64,000 nucleotides of DNA from Candidatus Woesebacteria bacterium RIFCSPLOWO2_01_FULL_39_23 (GCA_001793095.1 MGHG01000008.1:269-64268); one strand, 5' to 3'; positions 1 to 10,002 are shown, counted from the first letter of the stretch. Notes: generated from the letters alone by a model not told the origin. A program made the numbers and translations.

Positions 1-1
1 C

Positions 2-3000
2 TGGGACGGTTTCCTTGATGAAATAGTTATCTATCCATATGCCCGTTCCGCTGACCAAGTCAAAGCCGATATTCTCGGTTCCCAGCTAGCTACCAGCTAC
101 GGTCTACTTGCTGCTGACCCTCTTACAGAGGGTCTTGTTGGTTATTGGAAAATGGATGACGCCGGAATTGATGCGGAAGGTGAAACATCTACCGATTACT
201 CTGGAAATGGAAAATCGGGAACACTCTACGGAGATAATGGAGTTGGCGATAACGGCACCGGAATGGACTGCGTTTCGGCAGGTAAATTCGGAACGGCCTG
301 TAATTTTGATGGAACTGACGATTACGTTGAAGCCACCACTGTTTCTGCTAATACCGGTAGTGAACTAACAATGTCCGCCTGGGTAAAACCGAGTAACTTT
401 TCGGCTATTCAAACTTTTTTTGGCTATGGATTGGTCAACGACTGGATAAACCTCAGGGTTTACACAAACTCAAAAATTCAAGTCTGGGACGATATAAATG
501 ATAATAATATCGCCATTAATACCACTACCACCCTTACCTCGGGTGTTTGGTATTACGTAACACTAGTACTCCAATCTGACGGTACAAAACAAGTTTTTAT
601 AAATGGGTCGCTCGAAACTACCGCCACCGGAACGACTACCGTAGCATCAGATATTGCTACCGGAACCGTCGGCATCGGCAGGAGAAGTTTTACCACCACG
701 CCGGAATCATTTACCGGAATGGTTGACGAAGCGCGTATCTACAACCGTGCTTTAACCCCGAGTGAAGTCGAGGGGCTTTACCGTTGGGCACCGGGACCGG
801 TAGCGTACTACAAATTTGACGAAGGAACAGGCACTTCCAACGTCTACGACTCCTCCGGCAATGGCTTGACCGGTACCATGAACGGTTCAATGACCGAATC
901 TGATTGGGTCCCGGGAAAGTTCGGCAAAGCTTTGGATTTTGATGGCAGCGATGACTATATTGAGATCGGTAGCAGCTCAAAGGTTGATAACTCCTCTGCG
1001 GGAACTTTAGAAGCATGGATAAAACTTGATGTTATTTCCACAGAACAGTCCATTTTTAACTTCGGAGGGGCCGCAGTGGCAAATGCTGGGCGTTTTAATT
1101 TTTACATTGGCTCCAATAATCGTTTGTACATAGTGCAACAAACCGATGGAGGCACTCTTTATGGAGTATTGTCGGGAACTGGAACGGATTTTGCTGCCAA
1201 CACTTGGTACTACGTATCTGCAGTATCGGATGGTAGCACTTATACTTTATACATAAATGGGGTAAGTGTTTCGCTTGTCGCAACAGGAGGAGGTAACAAT
1301 GGAAACTGGTTCTCAGATACAAGTGTAACAGAAACAGATAGATCAGTTATCGGTCGCCGATACTATAATGGATCATGGTCCATTCCGTTCAATGGAAATG
1401 TCGACGATGTCAAAATCTATAACTACGCCCGGACGCCTGCTCAAATTATCGAAGACATGAATGCTTCTCATCCTGCACCAGGATCACCAGTAGGCTCGGC
1501 GGTTGGACATTGGCGATTCGATGAAGGTTACGGCGACACCGCAAATAACGCAGGTTCCGGCGACACTTCATTAAATGGCAACCTCGGGGGTGCTACTTCC
1601 TGTCCCCAATCCGGTGATTCAGCATGTCCATCTTGGACAAACAGCGGAAAATTTAGTAAAGCACTCAATTTTGATACTAGCGGCACAACCGACGATTACG
1701 TAACTATTCCTGAAGTATCAACTTTTCCCAGTGGCGGAACAATTAGTGTCTGGATTAAACCCGCTACTGGGTACGGACAACGAATCGTAACTATAGATGG
1801 CGTACTAGTGGGAACATTTGACTCAGATGAGATGTGGATGTGTGCAGACGGCAATGGATGTAATTTTGTCGTAGGAGCAGACAATATGCCACCTATTGGC
1901 TCCTGGAGCAACATTATTATGACGTGGGATAACAGCAATTTATATTACTATCTAAACGGAAGATTTGTAATTAGCCGCCCCGATTCCGGATTTGCAGAAG
2001 CTGGCAGAGGCTCATATATTGGAACGGGTGACACTGGAAGTGGTCCGATTAACCACTTTAACGGAATCATTGACGAAGTTAAAATCTACAACCTTGCTCT
2101 AACCGCCGATCAAGTCAAAACTGAGTTTAATCAAGGTGCCGCGACAGTATTTGGCTCTCTTGGTACCACCTCTTCTAATTCTCCTAGCTTCTCCTCCAGT
2201 GATTCCTATTGTCCACCGGGACAAGGCTCAACCTGTACTCCCCCCGTTGCTGAATGGAGGTTTGATGAAAAAACGGGAACAACCGCCTACGACACCTCAA
2301 CCAATGGGAACAACGCTATTCTTGGTGAAGACGGTGCTGGCAGTGACGTACCCGTCTGGCGACATAGTGGAGTCTGTAAACATGGAGCGTGTCTAGAATT
2401 CGATGGCGGTGACGATGACACTTCGGTAACATCCGGTTCAGCAATAGAAAATCTTTTTGATACTGGCGGTACCGTAAGCGTTTGGATATATCCGACGTCC
2501 ACTCTCGTAGATCTCGACAGATTACTTTTCAAGGGTGTTATCTGGGAATTACGTTTCCCAAGTCCTTCTGGCAGTACCGCCAATATTACATTCATTAAAG
2601 AATTTGATGGTAATGATGGAACTTGGAGTACAACTAGTCAACCAATAACGTTAAATTCATGGAATCACATCTCGATAACTTACAATAACGATTCTTCTTC
2701 CAACGATCCTTCTTTCTATGTTAACGGCAATCTCGCAGCAAGTAGTGAAGGTTCTACCCCTACAGGATATAGAACTAGCGATGTTGGATCACCACTGTAT
2801 GTTGGCAATAATAATAATGGAATTAGAGGTTTCCCCGGGTATATCGACGAATTAAGATTTTACAACTACGCCCGCACCCCCGCCCAAATTGCCTGGGATT
2901 ATAATCGAGGTGATCCTGTTGCCCATTGGCGCTTTGACGAATGCTCAGGGAGCGATGCTAAAGATTCTTCGGGCAATTCGTATGACGGAATCATTTATCC

Positions 3001-3643
3001 GGGCGACTCATCGGGAGACAATGATACAGTTGGAACCTGCGGCTCCGGTACAACTACCGAAATGTGGAACGATGGTACGTCCGGCAAGCGTAATGCTTCT
3101 CTCGGCTTCGACGGGACAAATGATTACACACGAGTTACTGATAATGATGTCTTTGACAGCTTAAGTCAGCTCACGATTTCTTCTTGGATAAAACCTACTA
3201 GTATTGGCCAACAAGATAGAATTATAGGAAAAAGCGACAACGGTGCCAACAAACGCCAATATCATTTAGAACTTGAGTCCGATGGGAACATTACAGGAAG
3301 AGTCTGTGGTGCCGGAACCGGCGACTGTGTTGACTTGACTTCAACAACTACACCCATAACGTCTGGAAGCTGGTCCCATATAGTTTTTACCTTTAATAGA
3401 TCTACAGGATCAAAACTATACTTTAATGGAATAGAAATAGCCAGTACTGCTTCAGTTCCCTCGGCCACTACAACGGCTAGTAATGATGTGGACTTCAGAA
3501 TCGGCGCTGCGATTGATAACGGTACTACGCTATTTAACTTCTTTGACGGCCAAATCGACGAAGTTCAGATTTACAATTACGCTTTAAATGCAACCCAGAT
3601 AAAAACTTTGTACAACGATGGAGTAGTTAAGTTTGGCAATTAA
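2..3643 (+). CDS. Large extracellular protein with at least 6 tandem LamG_3/ConA-like lectin repeats; 5'-partial, frame is open from base 2
   Basis: ~200-aa repeats with recurring motifs WRFDEG, GKFG.AL.FDG.DDYV, AWIKP, DE(V/A)RIYN.ALT; no stop in frame upstream of the M at 152. Confidence 0.7.
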   Translation, partial: WDGFLDEIVIYPYARSADQVKADILGSQLATSYGLLAADPLTEGLVGYWKMDDAGIDAEGETSTDYSGNGKSGTLYGDNGVGDNGTGMDCVSAGKFGTACNFDGTDDYVEATTVSANTGSELTMSAWVKPSNFSAIQTFFGYGLVNDWINLRVYTNSKIQVWDDINDNNIAINTTTTLTSGVWYYVTLVLQSDGTKQVFINGSLETTATGTTTVASDIATGTVGIGRRSFTTTPESFTGMVDEARIYNRALTPSEVEGLYRWAPGPVAYYKFDEGTGTSNVYDSSGNGLTGTMNGSMTESDWVPGKFGKALDFDGSDDYIEIGSSSKVDNSSAGTLEAWIKLDVISTEQSIFNFGGAAVANAGRFNFYIGSNNRLYIVQQTDGGTLYGVLSGTGTDFAANTWYYVSAVSDGSTYTLYINGVSVSLVATGGGNNGNWFSDTSVTETDRSVIGRRYYNGSWSIPFNGNVDDVKIYNYARTPAQIIEDMNASHPAPGSPVGSAVGHWRFDEGYGDTANNAGSGDTSLNGNLGGATSCPQSGDSACPSWTNSGKFSKALNFDTSGTTDDYVTIPEVSTFPSGGTISVWIKPATGYGQRIVTIDGVLVGTFDSDEMWMCADGNGCNFVVGADNMPPIGSWSNIIMTWDNSNLYYYLNGRFVISRPDSGFAEAGRGSYIGTGDTGSGPINHFNGIIDEVKIYNLALTADQVKTEFNQGAATVFGSLGTTSSNSPSFSSSDSYCPPGQGSTCTPPVAEWRFDEKTGTTAYDTSTNGNNAILGEDGAGSDVPVWRHSGVCKHGACLEFDGGDDDTSVTSGSAIENLFDTGGTVSVWIYPTSTLVDLDRLLFKGVIWELRFPSPSGSTANITFIKEFDGNDGTWSTTSQPITLNSWNHISITYNNDSSSNDPSFYVNGNLAASSEGSTPTGYRTSDVGSPLYVGNNNNGIRGFPGYIDELRFYNYARTPAQIAWDYNRGDPVAHWRFDECSGSDAKDSSGNSYDGIIYPGDSSGDNDTVGTCGSGTTTEMWNDGTSGKRNASLGFDGTNDYTRVTDNDVFDSLSQLTISSWIKPTSIGQQDRIIGKSDNGANKRQYHLELESDGNITGRVCGAGTGDCVDLTSTTTPITSGSWSHIVFTFNRSTGSKLYFNGIEIASTASVPSATTTASNDVDFRIGAAIDNGTTLFNFFDGQIDEVQIYNYALNATQIKTLYNDGVVKFGN

Positions 3644-3679
3644 AAACGTAAAGTAGCGAAGCTACTAATGTTTTAAACT

Positions 3680-3958
3680 ATGTGGTGGTACAACTACTTA
3701 TTAAAAAGCAAAAAAGATAGTAGTTGGTATATTGGTTGTACAAACAATTTAAAGAATAGAGAAAAAATGCACAATTTAGGAAAGGTGAAATCTACAAGAA
3801 ACAGTAAACCATGGGAACTAATATACTACGAGGCCTGTAAAAACAAGATTAATGCCTTTCGAAGAGAAAGATATTTAAAAAGCGGATATGGGAGAAGATT
3901 TTTGAAAAAAAGACTGATGGAATATAACTCGGAACGTAAAGTAATTGAAAATTACTAA
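3680..3958 (+). CDS. GIY-YIG nuclease family protein, small free-standing (URI domain)
   Basis: N-terminal YNYLLKS..SWYIGCTNNLKNR..H matches the GIY-YIG motif; paralogous to the ORFs at 10410 and 41573. Confidence 0.75.
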   Translation: MWWYNYLLKSKKDSSWYIGCTNNLKNREKMHNLGKVKSTRNSKPWELIYYEACKNKINAFRRERYLKSGYGRRFLKKRLMEYNSERKVIENY

Positions 3959-4029
3959 CGTTCTGAAGGTACTGTCCACTTTGGCCCGTAAGTTACTTAA
4001 GATTCCTAAGTATCTTATAATATAACTAT

Positions 4030-4602
4030 ATGCAACCATATAAAAAACTTTTTACTTACTGGTTCGCGGTTATTATTTACGATCTGACTGTCGATTTTAC
4101 AAAAAGTTACATAAAGAGCTTCAAACTAAAAGAACAAATGGACGGGGCAGCCCGTTCCGGAAAACAAAATATAGTGGAAGGTTCCGAAGGAATGCAAACA
4201 TCTCTTAAAAGCGCAATTAAATTAACGGGGGTTGCCAAAGCGTCGTTTGAAGAGTTAATCGGCGATTTGGAAGATTACTTAAGACAAAACAATCTCAAAC
4301 AGTTCCCCAAAAATAATCCTAAAATTGAAATTTTCCGACAAAAGGCGGCCGTCCTCATTAAGAAATTAAGTGATTTTTATAAAAATGAGTCTCTCGTAAG
4401 AAACCTAAGTAACTTAAGTTACTTAGAAAAATACTTTAACACCTCCTCAGTTGAGGAAAAGGTGAACTTGCTTCTTACACTCTGTCACCAAGAAACTTTC
4501 CTCTTAAATAAACAGGTTCTTTCTCTTGAAGAAAAACACAAAACCGAAGGCGGTTTGACTGAAAAGCTCTACAAAGCAAGAGTTCAACACCGGGGATACT
4601 AA
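4030..4602 (+). CDS. Four-helix-bundle protein (23S rRNA intervening-sequence protein family, TIGR02436-like)
   Basis: QMDGAARSGKQNIVEGSEG and FL.IA.GS..E motif pattern; paralog at 13221. Confidence 0.6.
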   Translation: MQPYKKLFTYWFAVIIYDLTVDFTKSYIKSFKLKEQMDGAARSGKQNIVEGSEGMQTSLKSAIKLTGVAKASFEELIGDLEDYLRQNNLKQFPKNNPKIEIFRQKAAVLIKKLSDFYKNESLVRNLSNLSYLEKYFNTSSVEEKVNLLLTLCHQETFLLNKQVLSLEEKHKTEGGLTEKLYKARVQHRGY

Positions 4603-4755
4603 TTAATCCGCGAAATCCATCGTTCAACCTTGTATTACTAATATGTAGATTGTTATACAAACTCGCTAATTGTTATAGTTGAAAATACTACAAAACTCCT
4701 CTTGACAAGCCATTACCAAGAGTTTAAAAAGAAAGAAGGAGATAATTTGATCTAT

Positions 4756-6852
4756 ATGGAAAGAGTATTCGAAAAAACCGAAAAATACATTCTCTTAATC
4801 ACCATTTTCTTGCTGCCGTTCACGGTTATCACTATTTCTCCTAATCCCTATGTAGTCCCCAAATTGGCTATTGCCGGGTTTGGTATCATACTACTTTTAA
4901 TACTCCTTGCCGTAAGGGTCGTGACGATCGGTAAATTTACGTTCTCACTATCAAATTACGACTTTCCGGTTTTACTTATAGCCGTTACTTATATCTCAAG
5001 TACTGTCATCAAAACTCCCAACAAGATGGAGGCACTCCTTCTTCCCGGTACAACCACCGCTGTTGTTGCCGGAGCGCTGCTTTACTTTCTGGTAAATCAG
5101 GTAAAGAACGGTAGCAAAGAGGCGCTGACAAAAATTCTCTTGATATCCGGAGCTGTCTTTTCTGCTTTCATCATTCTTGCCTTCACCGGCCTTTTTAATT
5201 CAATACCTCAACTCCCTGCTTTTATGAAAGCTAAAACATATTCTCCCGAAGGCGGATACTTGCCCTCAGCAATATATCTTTTAGCTTTGCTCCCACTGGG
5301 TATCGGTACAATCCTCTCGCAAAAGGACATTAATAAACGTGCCGTTAATGCATGTCTTACCCTATTAATATCAGCGGGCTTTCTGATCAGTGCCTGGCAT
5401 CTTCTTCCCAGCAAAGCTTTCTACCCCCGATTTCCAAGTTGGAAAGTGAGCTGGTCAGTCGCCATTGACAGTCTGAAAGAAAGTCCGATATTAGGAATAG
5501 GGCCGGGTAACTATCTGACGGCATTCTCAAGGTACAGACCAATCTCTTATAATGCAACCGATCTTTGGGCTCTTAGGTTTGCAACCGCAAACAACCACCT
5601 TATGACCGTATTCACAGAAGCCGGAATAATCGGCCTTGCTGGTTACATTATATTGGCCGTCGCCTACTATAAAAATGCCAAGCGCGACCTGAAAGAGAAA
5701 AAGCTGGTCAACTGGGGCTTTGCAGGTATTTCCGGTTTGGTCTCCTTCCTAATCCTATTCCTCACGACTCTCCTTTTCCCGGCAACGGCCCTTCTCATTA
5801 TCATGTTCTTTATTCTTCTTGCTCTGGGAGCTAAAACAACCGCAACAGCAATTAATCTGACGACTGCCGGTACAAGAGACAACCAGGAAAAGGATGTCAC
5901 CTCAAGACTTCCTGCAATCCTTGTTAGCCTGCCTGTTTTTGCTCTTGTTGTCTGGGGAGCTTACAAAGGCGGCCGGATACTTCTGGCTGAATACTATTTC
6001 CAAAGATCCTTGACAGCTCTTGCAAATAACGAAGCCAAAAATACCTACGACAACATGAGAAGGGCAATTATTCTTAATCCCCGTGTTGACAGATATCGTG
6101 CTTCTTTTTCCAGGGTGAATTTGGTCTTGGCTGACTCGGTTGCAAAGAAAGCCATTACACCTCCTCCTCCCTCCGGCCCCGAGGGCTCCAGCTCAGCAGG
6201 CATCCTCTCCGAAAAAGACCAAAACGACATTTCTCAAATGATCCAGGTTGCCATATCTGAGGCTAAAGCGACGGTTGCCTTAAACCCTCTGCGGGCTGCC
6301 AACTGGGAAATATTGGGTCGAACATATCAATCAATAATTCCTCTTGCAAAAGGAGCCGATGTTTTTGCTGCTCAATCATTCAGACAGGCAATTGCCCTGG
6401 ACCCGGTTAATCCAAGTTACAGAATAATACTGGGTGGTTTATATTACGGCGCTAAAGATTACGAGACGGCAACACGCATTTACGAACTGGCAGTTGCAAC
6501 AAAGCCTGACCTGGCCAACTCTCACTTCAACCTTGCTTATTCTTATTCCCAGCAAGGCAAGACTGATTTAGCCATTCAGCAGATGACCTTGACCTTGTCT
6601 CTCTTGGACCCCAAGAGTAAGGATTATGAAACTGCAAAAGCAGCACTTGACACTATGGAAGCAAAGAAGAAAACCGCTACTGAGGCAACCGCTGGAGAAA
6701 ATCTTACTCCTCCTGCACAGCCAACCCCGGCAATCAAGCCCCAAGTTGAATTACCCGCAGGTAGTGAACCACCTGAGGCTCCCATTACACCAACAGCTAC
6801 ACCGATCCCGGAAAATTCGGAGCCGTCCCCCACTCCCACAGTCCAACCCTAA
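4756..6852 (+). CDS. O-antigen ligase (Wzy_C)-like polytopic membrane protein with C-terminal TPR repeats and a Pro-rich tail
   Basis: About 10 TM helices, TPR-like repeats (ALDP.N..Y...G..Y), P/T/E-rich C-terminus. ATG at 4756 is preceded by AAGGAG; the track start at 4702 is a TTG inside a TTGACA box. Confidence 0.6.
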   Translation: MERVFEKTEKYILLITIFLLPFTVITISPNPYVVPKLAIAGFGIILLLILLAVRVVTIGKFTFSLSNYDFPVLLIAVTYISSTVIKTPNKMEALLLPGTTTAVVAGALLYFLVNQVKNGSKEALTKILLISGAVFSAFIILAFTGLFNSIPQLPAFMKAKTYSPEGGYLPSAIYLLALLPLGIGTILSQKDINKRAVNACLTLLISAGFLISAWHLLPSKAFYPRFPSWKVSWSVAIDSLKESPILGIGPGNYLTAFSRYRPISYNATDLWALRFATANNHLMTVFTEAGIIGLAGYIILAVAYYKNAKRDLKEKKLVNWGFAGISGLVSFLILFLTTLLFPATALLIIMFFILLALGAKTTATAINLTTAGTRDNQEKDVTSRLPAILVSLPVFALVVWGAYKGGRILLAEYYFQRSLTALANNEAKNTYDNMRRAIILNPRVDRYRASFSRVNLVLADSVAKKAITPPPPSGPEGSSSAGILSEKDQNDISQMIQVAISEAKATVALNPLRAANWEILGRTYQSIIPLAKGADVFAAQSFRQAIALDPVNPSYRIILGGLYYGAKDYETATRIYELAVATKPDLANSHFNLAYSYSQQGKTDLAIQQMTLTLSLLDPKSKDYETAKAALDTMEAKKKTATEATAGENLTPPAQPTPAIKPQVELPAGSEPPEAPITPTATPIPENSEPSPTPTVQP

Positions 6853-6858
6853 CTCCCC

Positions 6859-6880
6859 TTGACAGGGTCTGACCCTGTCA
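6859..6880. repeat. REP-like palindrome copy 1 (TTGACAGGGTCTGACCCTGTCA)
   Basis: Perfect 10-bp inverted repeat just upstream of the RAYT gene. Confidence 0.8.
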
Positions 6881-6895
6881 TCTACAGTTAATGTA

Positions 6896-7585
6896 ATGAC
6901 ACAGCGATACCGGGTAAAAACATATGTAGAAGATGCGTATTATCACGTTTTCAACAGAGGGGTAGAAAAAAGAACCATTTTCGAGGATGACAATGACTAT
7001 TCTCTGTACCTACACCTCCTTAAATACTACCTCTCACCGGAAAACCAAGGTTTGTTTCACCCATCAGAAAATTATGCAACGTATAACATAATTCGACCAA
7101 GACCTTTAACTAACTTAAGCAACGAGATTGACTTGCTTGCCTATTGCTTAATGCCTAATCATTTTCACCTGCTTATCAAGCAAAAGACAAAAAACGGAAT
7201 GACCAAACTCTTAAGAAGTATCTCTACTACTTATGCTATGTATTTTAATAAAAAGTACGATCGGGTCGGACCACTCTTTCAAGGAAGGTACAAAGCAGCT
7301 CTCGTTGACAATGATAACTATTTAATACACATCAGCCGCTATATTCACCTCAACCCTCTTGACCTAGCCTTGACAGGGACGGACCCTGTCAATTATCCAT
7401 ATTCAAGCTTTGCTTACTATGTTGGTAAGAAACAAGCCGACTGGCTAAAGCCGAATAAAGTATTAGAGCTCTTTAAAAAAGATGGTTTATTTCCCTCTAT
7501 GTTCAAATATCGTTCGTATGATAATTTTTTTGTTAAAGATATTACTGATTCAAAAGAAAAAATCGGCACACTTTCGATAGACTAG
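6896..7585 (+). CDS. REP-associated tyrosine transposase (IS200/IS605 TnpA-like, Y1 HUH)
   Basis: YHVFNRG, CLMPNHFHLL (HUH motif), LFQGRYK and catalytic-Tyr-region motifs. Confidence 0.8.
   Translation: MTQRYRVKTYVEDAYYHVFNRGVEKRTIFEDDNDYSLYLHLLKYYLSPENQGLFHPSENYATYNIIRPRPLTNLSNEIDLLAYCLMPNHFHLLIKQKTKNGMTKLLRSISTTYAMYFNKKYDRVGPLFQGRYKAALVDNDNYLIHISRYIHLNPLDLALTGTDPVNYPYSSFAYYVGKKQADWLKPNKVLELFKKDGLFPSMFKYRSYDNFFVKDITDSKEKIGTLSID
7370..7392. repeat. REP-like palindrome copy 2, inside the RAYT coding sequence
   Basis: TTGACAGGGACGGACCCTGTCAA, in-frame coding for LTGTDPVN. Confidence 0.8.
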
Positions 7586-7598
7586 CCGTTTTTGTACG

Positions 7599-7620
7599 TT
7601 GACAGGGACGGACCCTGTCA
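7599..7620. repeat. REP-like palindrome copy 3
   Basis: TTGACAGGGACGGACCCTGTCA, 14 nt after the RAYT stop. Confidence 0.8.
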
Positions 7621-7664
7621 GAAAGGATAAGAATTTTCGGAAGTAAATATTATATAATTAAACT

Positions 7665-8366
7665 ATGAAAAAGCTTGCAAAAGTGGTTTTTATCTATTCA
7701 ATCGTGGCTATTACCGCCAACCTCATCGCTCTCGGCTTATTCAACCCAAGCCCTCAAAATCTAATCTCAAGCGTTCTGCTTTTTCCGATACTTCTATATC
7801 TTTGGCTATTAATGACACATCCAGAAGCGGTCAGCGCGGGCAGATGGTCACTTAGACTACTACTTGTTATCTTCCTACTAAGTCTCTCCTCCGTCTACGC
7901 CCTTTATTTAGCCAACATAGGCAACATTAGATCTAAAGTAGAAGCAAAAAATACTGATCCGTCAAAAATTACCGCCTTAGAAAGCGAAATTGCTAAACTG
8001 AGAGCCGAAAAAAAAGATAATCAGAAACTTAGCGATGAACTTACAAGTATCAAAGAAAAATTGGCCGAGCTTGACAGCAATGAAAATTCAACCCTCGCCG
8101 TAAGCAGCCAGAGTTCAGACCTTGCTGACCTACTTATGGAAAACGATAAAACTGATGCCCTGCTAGGCAACGTGACAATCAAAAATAATCTGACAAAGTC
8201 GGTTGACGTACTCGAGGTTGCAAATTTCAGTGCAAAACCGGTTGGTAAAATTACTTATGGTAATAATTACCCCTACTACGAGACGGATGGCAATTGGTAC
8301 AAAATCATGATCGATAACTCAGTTTTCGGATGGGTCCACGATAGAGACGTTAAAAAGATTGATTGA
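7665..8366 (+). CDS. Membrane protein with a coiled-coil segment and C-terminal SH3b-like domain
   Basis: N-terminal TM helices; LRAEKKDNQKLSDELTSIKEKL coiled coil; C-terminus GKITYGNNYPYYETDGNWYKI is SH3b-like. Confidence 0.45.
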   Translation: MKKLAKVVFIYSIVAITANLIALGLFNPSPQNLISSVLLFPILLYLWLLMTHPEAVSAGRWSLRLLLVIFLLSLSSVYALYLANIGNIRSKVEAKNTDPSKITALESEIAKLRAEKKDNQKLSDELTSIKEKLAELDSNENSTLAVSSQSSDLADLLMENDKTDALLGNVTIKNNLTKSVDVLEVANFSAKPVGKITYGNNYPYYETDGNWYKIMIDNSVFGWVHDRDVKKID

Positions 8367-8800
8367 CAAAAATGCACATGCCAACTGCCACTCCAAAGAA
8401 GTTGCTCCTTTTCTACTCGACCGCAGCTTCATTATTCTTAATAGTCAGCGCTCTTTTGACTTTAAAAACCAAAGATACTGCCATATTCCAAATTCTTATT
8501 CTTCCGGTTTTTTTATACCTTTTCTTACAAACTTTGAAGGAATTAAAAGGACTATTTAAGAAAAAAGACAATATTCCCGAGATTAAACCTCCAAGAAGTA
8601 AGGGTTTCTTCTACTTCATCTTAGTATTTTATTTTGTACTTTTGGCGTTAGGGGCAAGAAATATTCTGAAAAGTAATATTGAAAAACAAAATAAAATTAA
8701 CGACAAAAAACCGACTCCTACTTCCCAACCTTTGATTTTCAAAAATCAAAAACCGACGGCGACTGATGCAGCGAACATCAACAAATCAATAAAACAATAA
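8363..8800 (+). CDS. Hypothetical small membrane protein
   Basis: ORF with 3 predicted TM segments; 4-nt overlap with the upstream gene. Confidence 0.4.
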   Translation: MTKMHMPTATPKKLLLFYSTAASLFLIVSALLTLKTKDTAIFQILILPVFLYLFLQTLKELKGLFKKKDNIPEIKPPRSKGFFYFILVFYFVLLALGARNILKSNIEKQNKINDKKPTPTSQPLIFKNQKPTATDAANINKSIKQ

Positions 8801-9457
8801 ATGAAAAAGGTAATTATTTATTACGATTTTATAATTGTAAGCCTCATTGTTTTAGCGGGATTTTTCTCGGCTGAAAATATCTATCAGCTCCTTAGTGCCT
8901 CTATTTACTACCCAATCTTAATTTACTTCTTAACATTGATTATTCCGAGAAGGCAAAAGGCAGTTGTCCTCCCCAAGGAAATCGAACCAGTTACTAAAGT
9001 TATAAAACCCGGAGAAAAGGAGGAAAAACTAGAGAAACTTACAAAGATTAAGACTGGTAAAATAGATAAGGACAGACGAGTATTTTTAAAAATCATCGGA
9101 ACGGCAGGAGCAACAGCCTTCATCTTTTCAATTTTTGGAGTTAAGAAAGCCCAGGCCGCATTCTTCGGCAGCGTTCCAGGTCCGGGAATTGTCGGACTCA
9201 AAGATATTGCCGGAAATAGGATCGATCCGGCACAACATCATCCGACCGACGGGTATAAAATCAGCCGCCTGGATGATTCCTCACCCGCCTATTACGGCTT
9301 TACCAATAAAGAAGCTGCATGGTTTATCATGAAAGAAGACAGCTCGGGTAATTATACGTATGCCGTAGGTTCATCCGGTTTTGATACAAACTGGACCAAC
9401 AGAAATGTCGCTCCCCCCACCGGCCCAACCTATGGTGAATTTTACGACATGTTCTAG
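8801..9457 (+). CDS. Hypothetical membrane-anchored protein with an internal twin-arginine-like motif (DRRVFLKIIGTAGATAF...AQA)
   Basis: Two N-terminal TM helices, then an RRxFLK motif, h-region and AQA, then a soluble domain. Confidence 0.4.
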   Translation: MKKVIIYYDFIIVSLIVLAGFFSAENIYQLLSASIYYPILIYFLTLIIPRRQKAVVLPKEIEPVTKVIKPGEKEEKLEKLTKIKTGKIDKDRRVFLKIIGTAGATAFIFSIFGVKKAQAAFFGSVPGPGIVGLKDIAGNRIDPAQHHPTDGYKISRLDDSSPAYYGFTNKEAAWFIMKEDSSGNYTYAVGSSGFDTNWTNRNVAPPTGPTYGEFYDMF

Positions 9458-9513
9458 GTTCGAAGTTCGGACTTGAGCTTGAGGTAAAAAATAACTATAC
9501 TACGCTCAGCAGC

Positions 9514-10002
9514 ATGAAAAAGGAATACGTCCTAATATTTATTATCGGTCTTTTCTTACTCTCTTACGTACTCGATGCTGTCGTGAATCCCCTGCACCTT
9601 AATCTGCCAACCCCCTATCACTATCTTGATCCTAAGGTTTTGAATCTCTACCCGTTTACAACCGCGTCAATAGTTATAAAAGGTATTGCGCTATTTCTTA
9701 CACCTCTTCTTCTCCTCTCACTGGTCGAGGGGTATTACCCTGCTAAAGCAGGAGCGCTTTTAATTCTAATTGCTCTGATGCAGCTCTACGCTCTTCAGGA
9801 TATCGCCACCAAAGCTCAGGTAGTTCCGCTTGAATGGGCTCTTTCAATATCGCTCGCCGGGGTTACACTAATACTGCCTGCCATCTGGTATTTTATAATG
9901 GGTGGAATATCATGGCTGCATAAAAGTCTGGGAGGAAAAGAAGAAAACACAACAGAAACCCAAGAAAGTGAAGACATTAATAAAGAACCGTCTTCTCAAT
10001 AA
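9514..10002 (+). CDS. Hypothetical polytopic membrane protein
   Basis: ORF with 4 hydrophobic helices. Confidence 0.4.
   Translation: MKKEYVLIFIIGLFLLSYVLDAVVNPLHLNLPTPYHYLDPKVLNLYPFTTASIVIKGIALFLTPLLLLSLVEGYYPAKAGALLILIALMQLYALQDIATKAQVVPLEWALSISLAGVTLILPAIWYFIMGGISWLHKSLGGKEENTTETQESEDINKEPSSQ

Larger units (their letters stand above)
6859..7620 (+). mobile_element. RAYT (IS200-like tyrosine transposase) unit with flanking REP-like palindromes
   Basis: Three copies of the palindrome TTGACAGGG(T/A)C-N-GACCCTGTCA at 6859-6880, 7370-7392 and 7599-7620, bracketing and inside a Y1-transposase ORF. Confidence 0.7.

Noticed and set aside
108-368. 86-aa ORF at the window start
   Set aside because: It lies in an alternative frame inside the LamG-repeat CDS, whose frame is open from base 2.
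4702-4755. Track start of the O-antigen-ligase-like gene at 4702
   Set aside because: That start is a TTG embedded in a TTGACA -35-like box. An ATG at 4756 has a better SD. I treated 4702-4707 as a possible promoter element, not as coding sequence.
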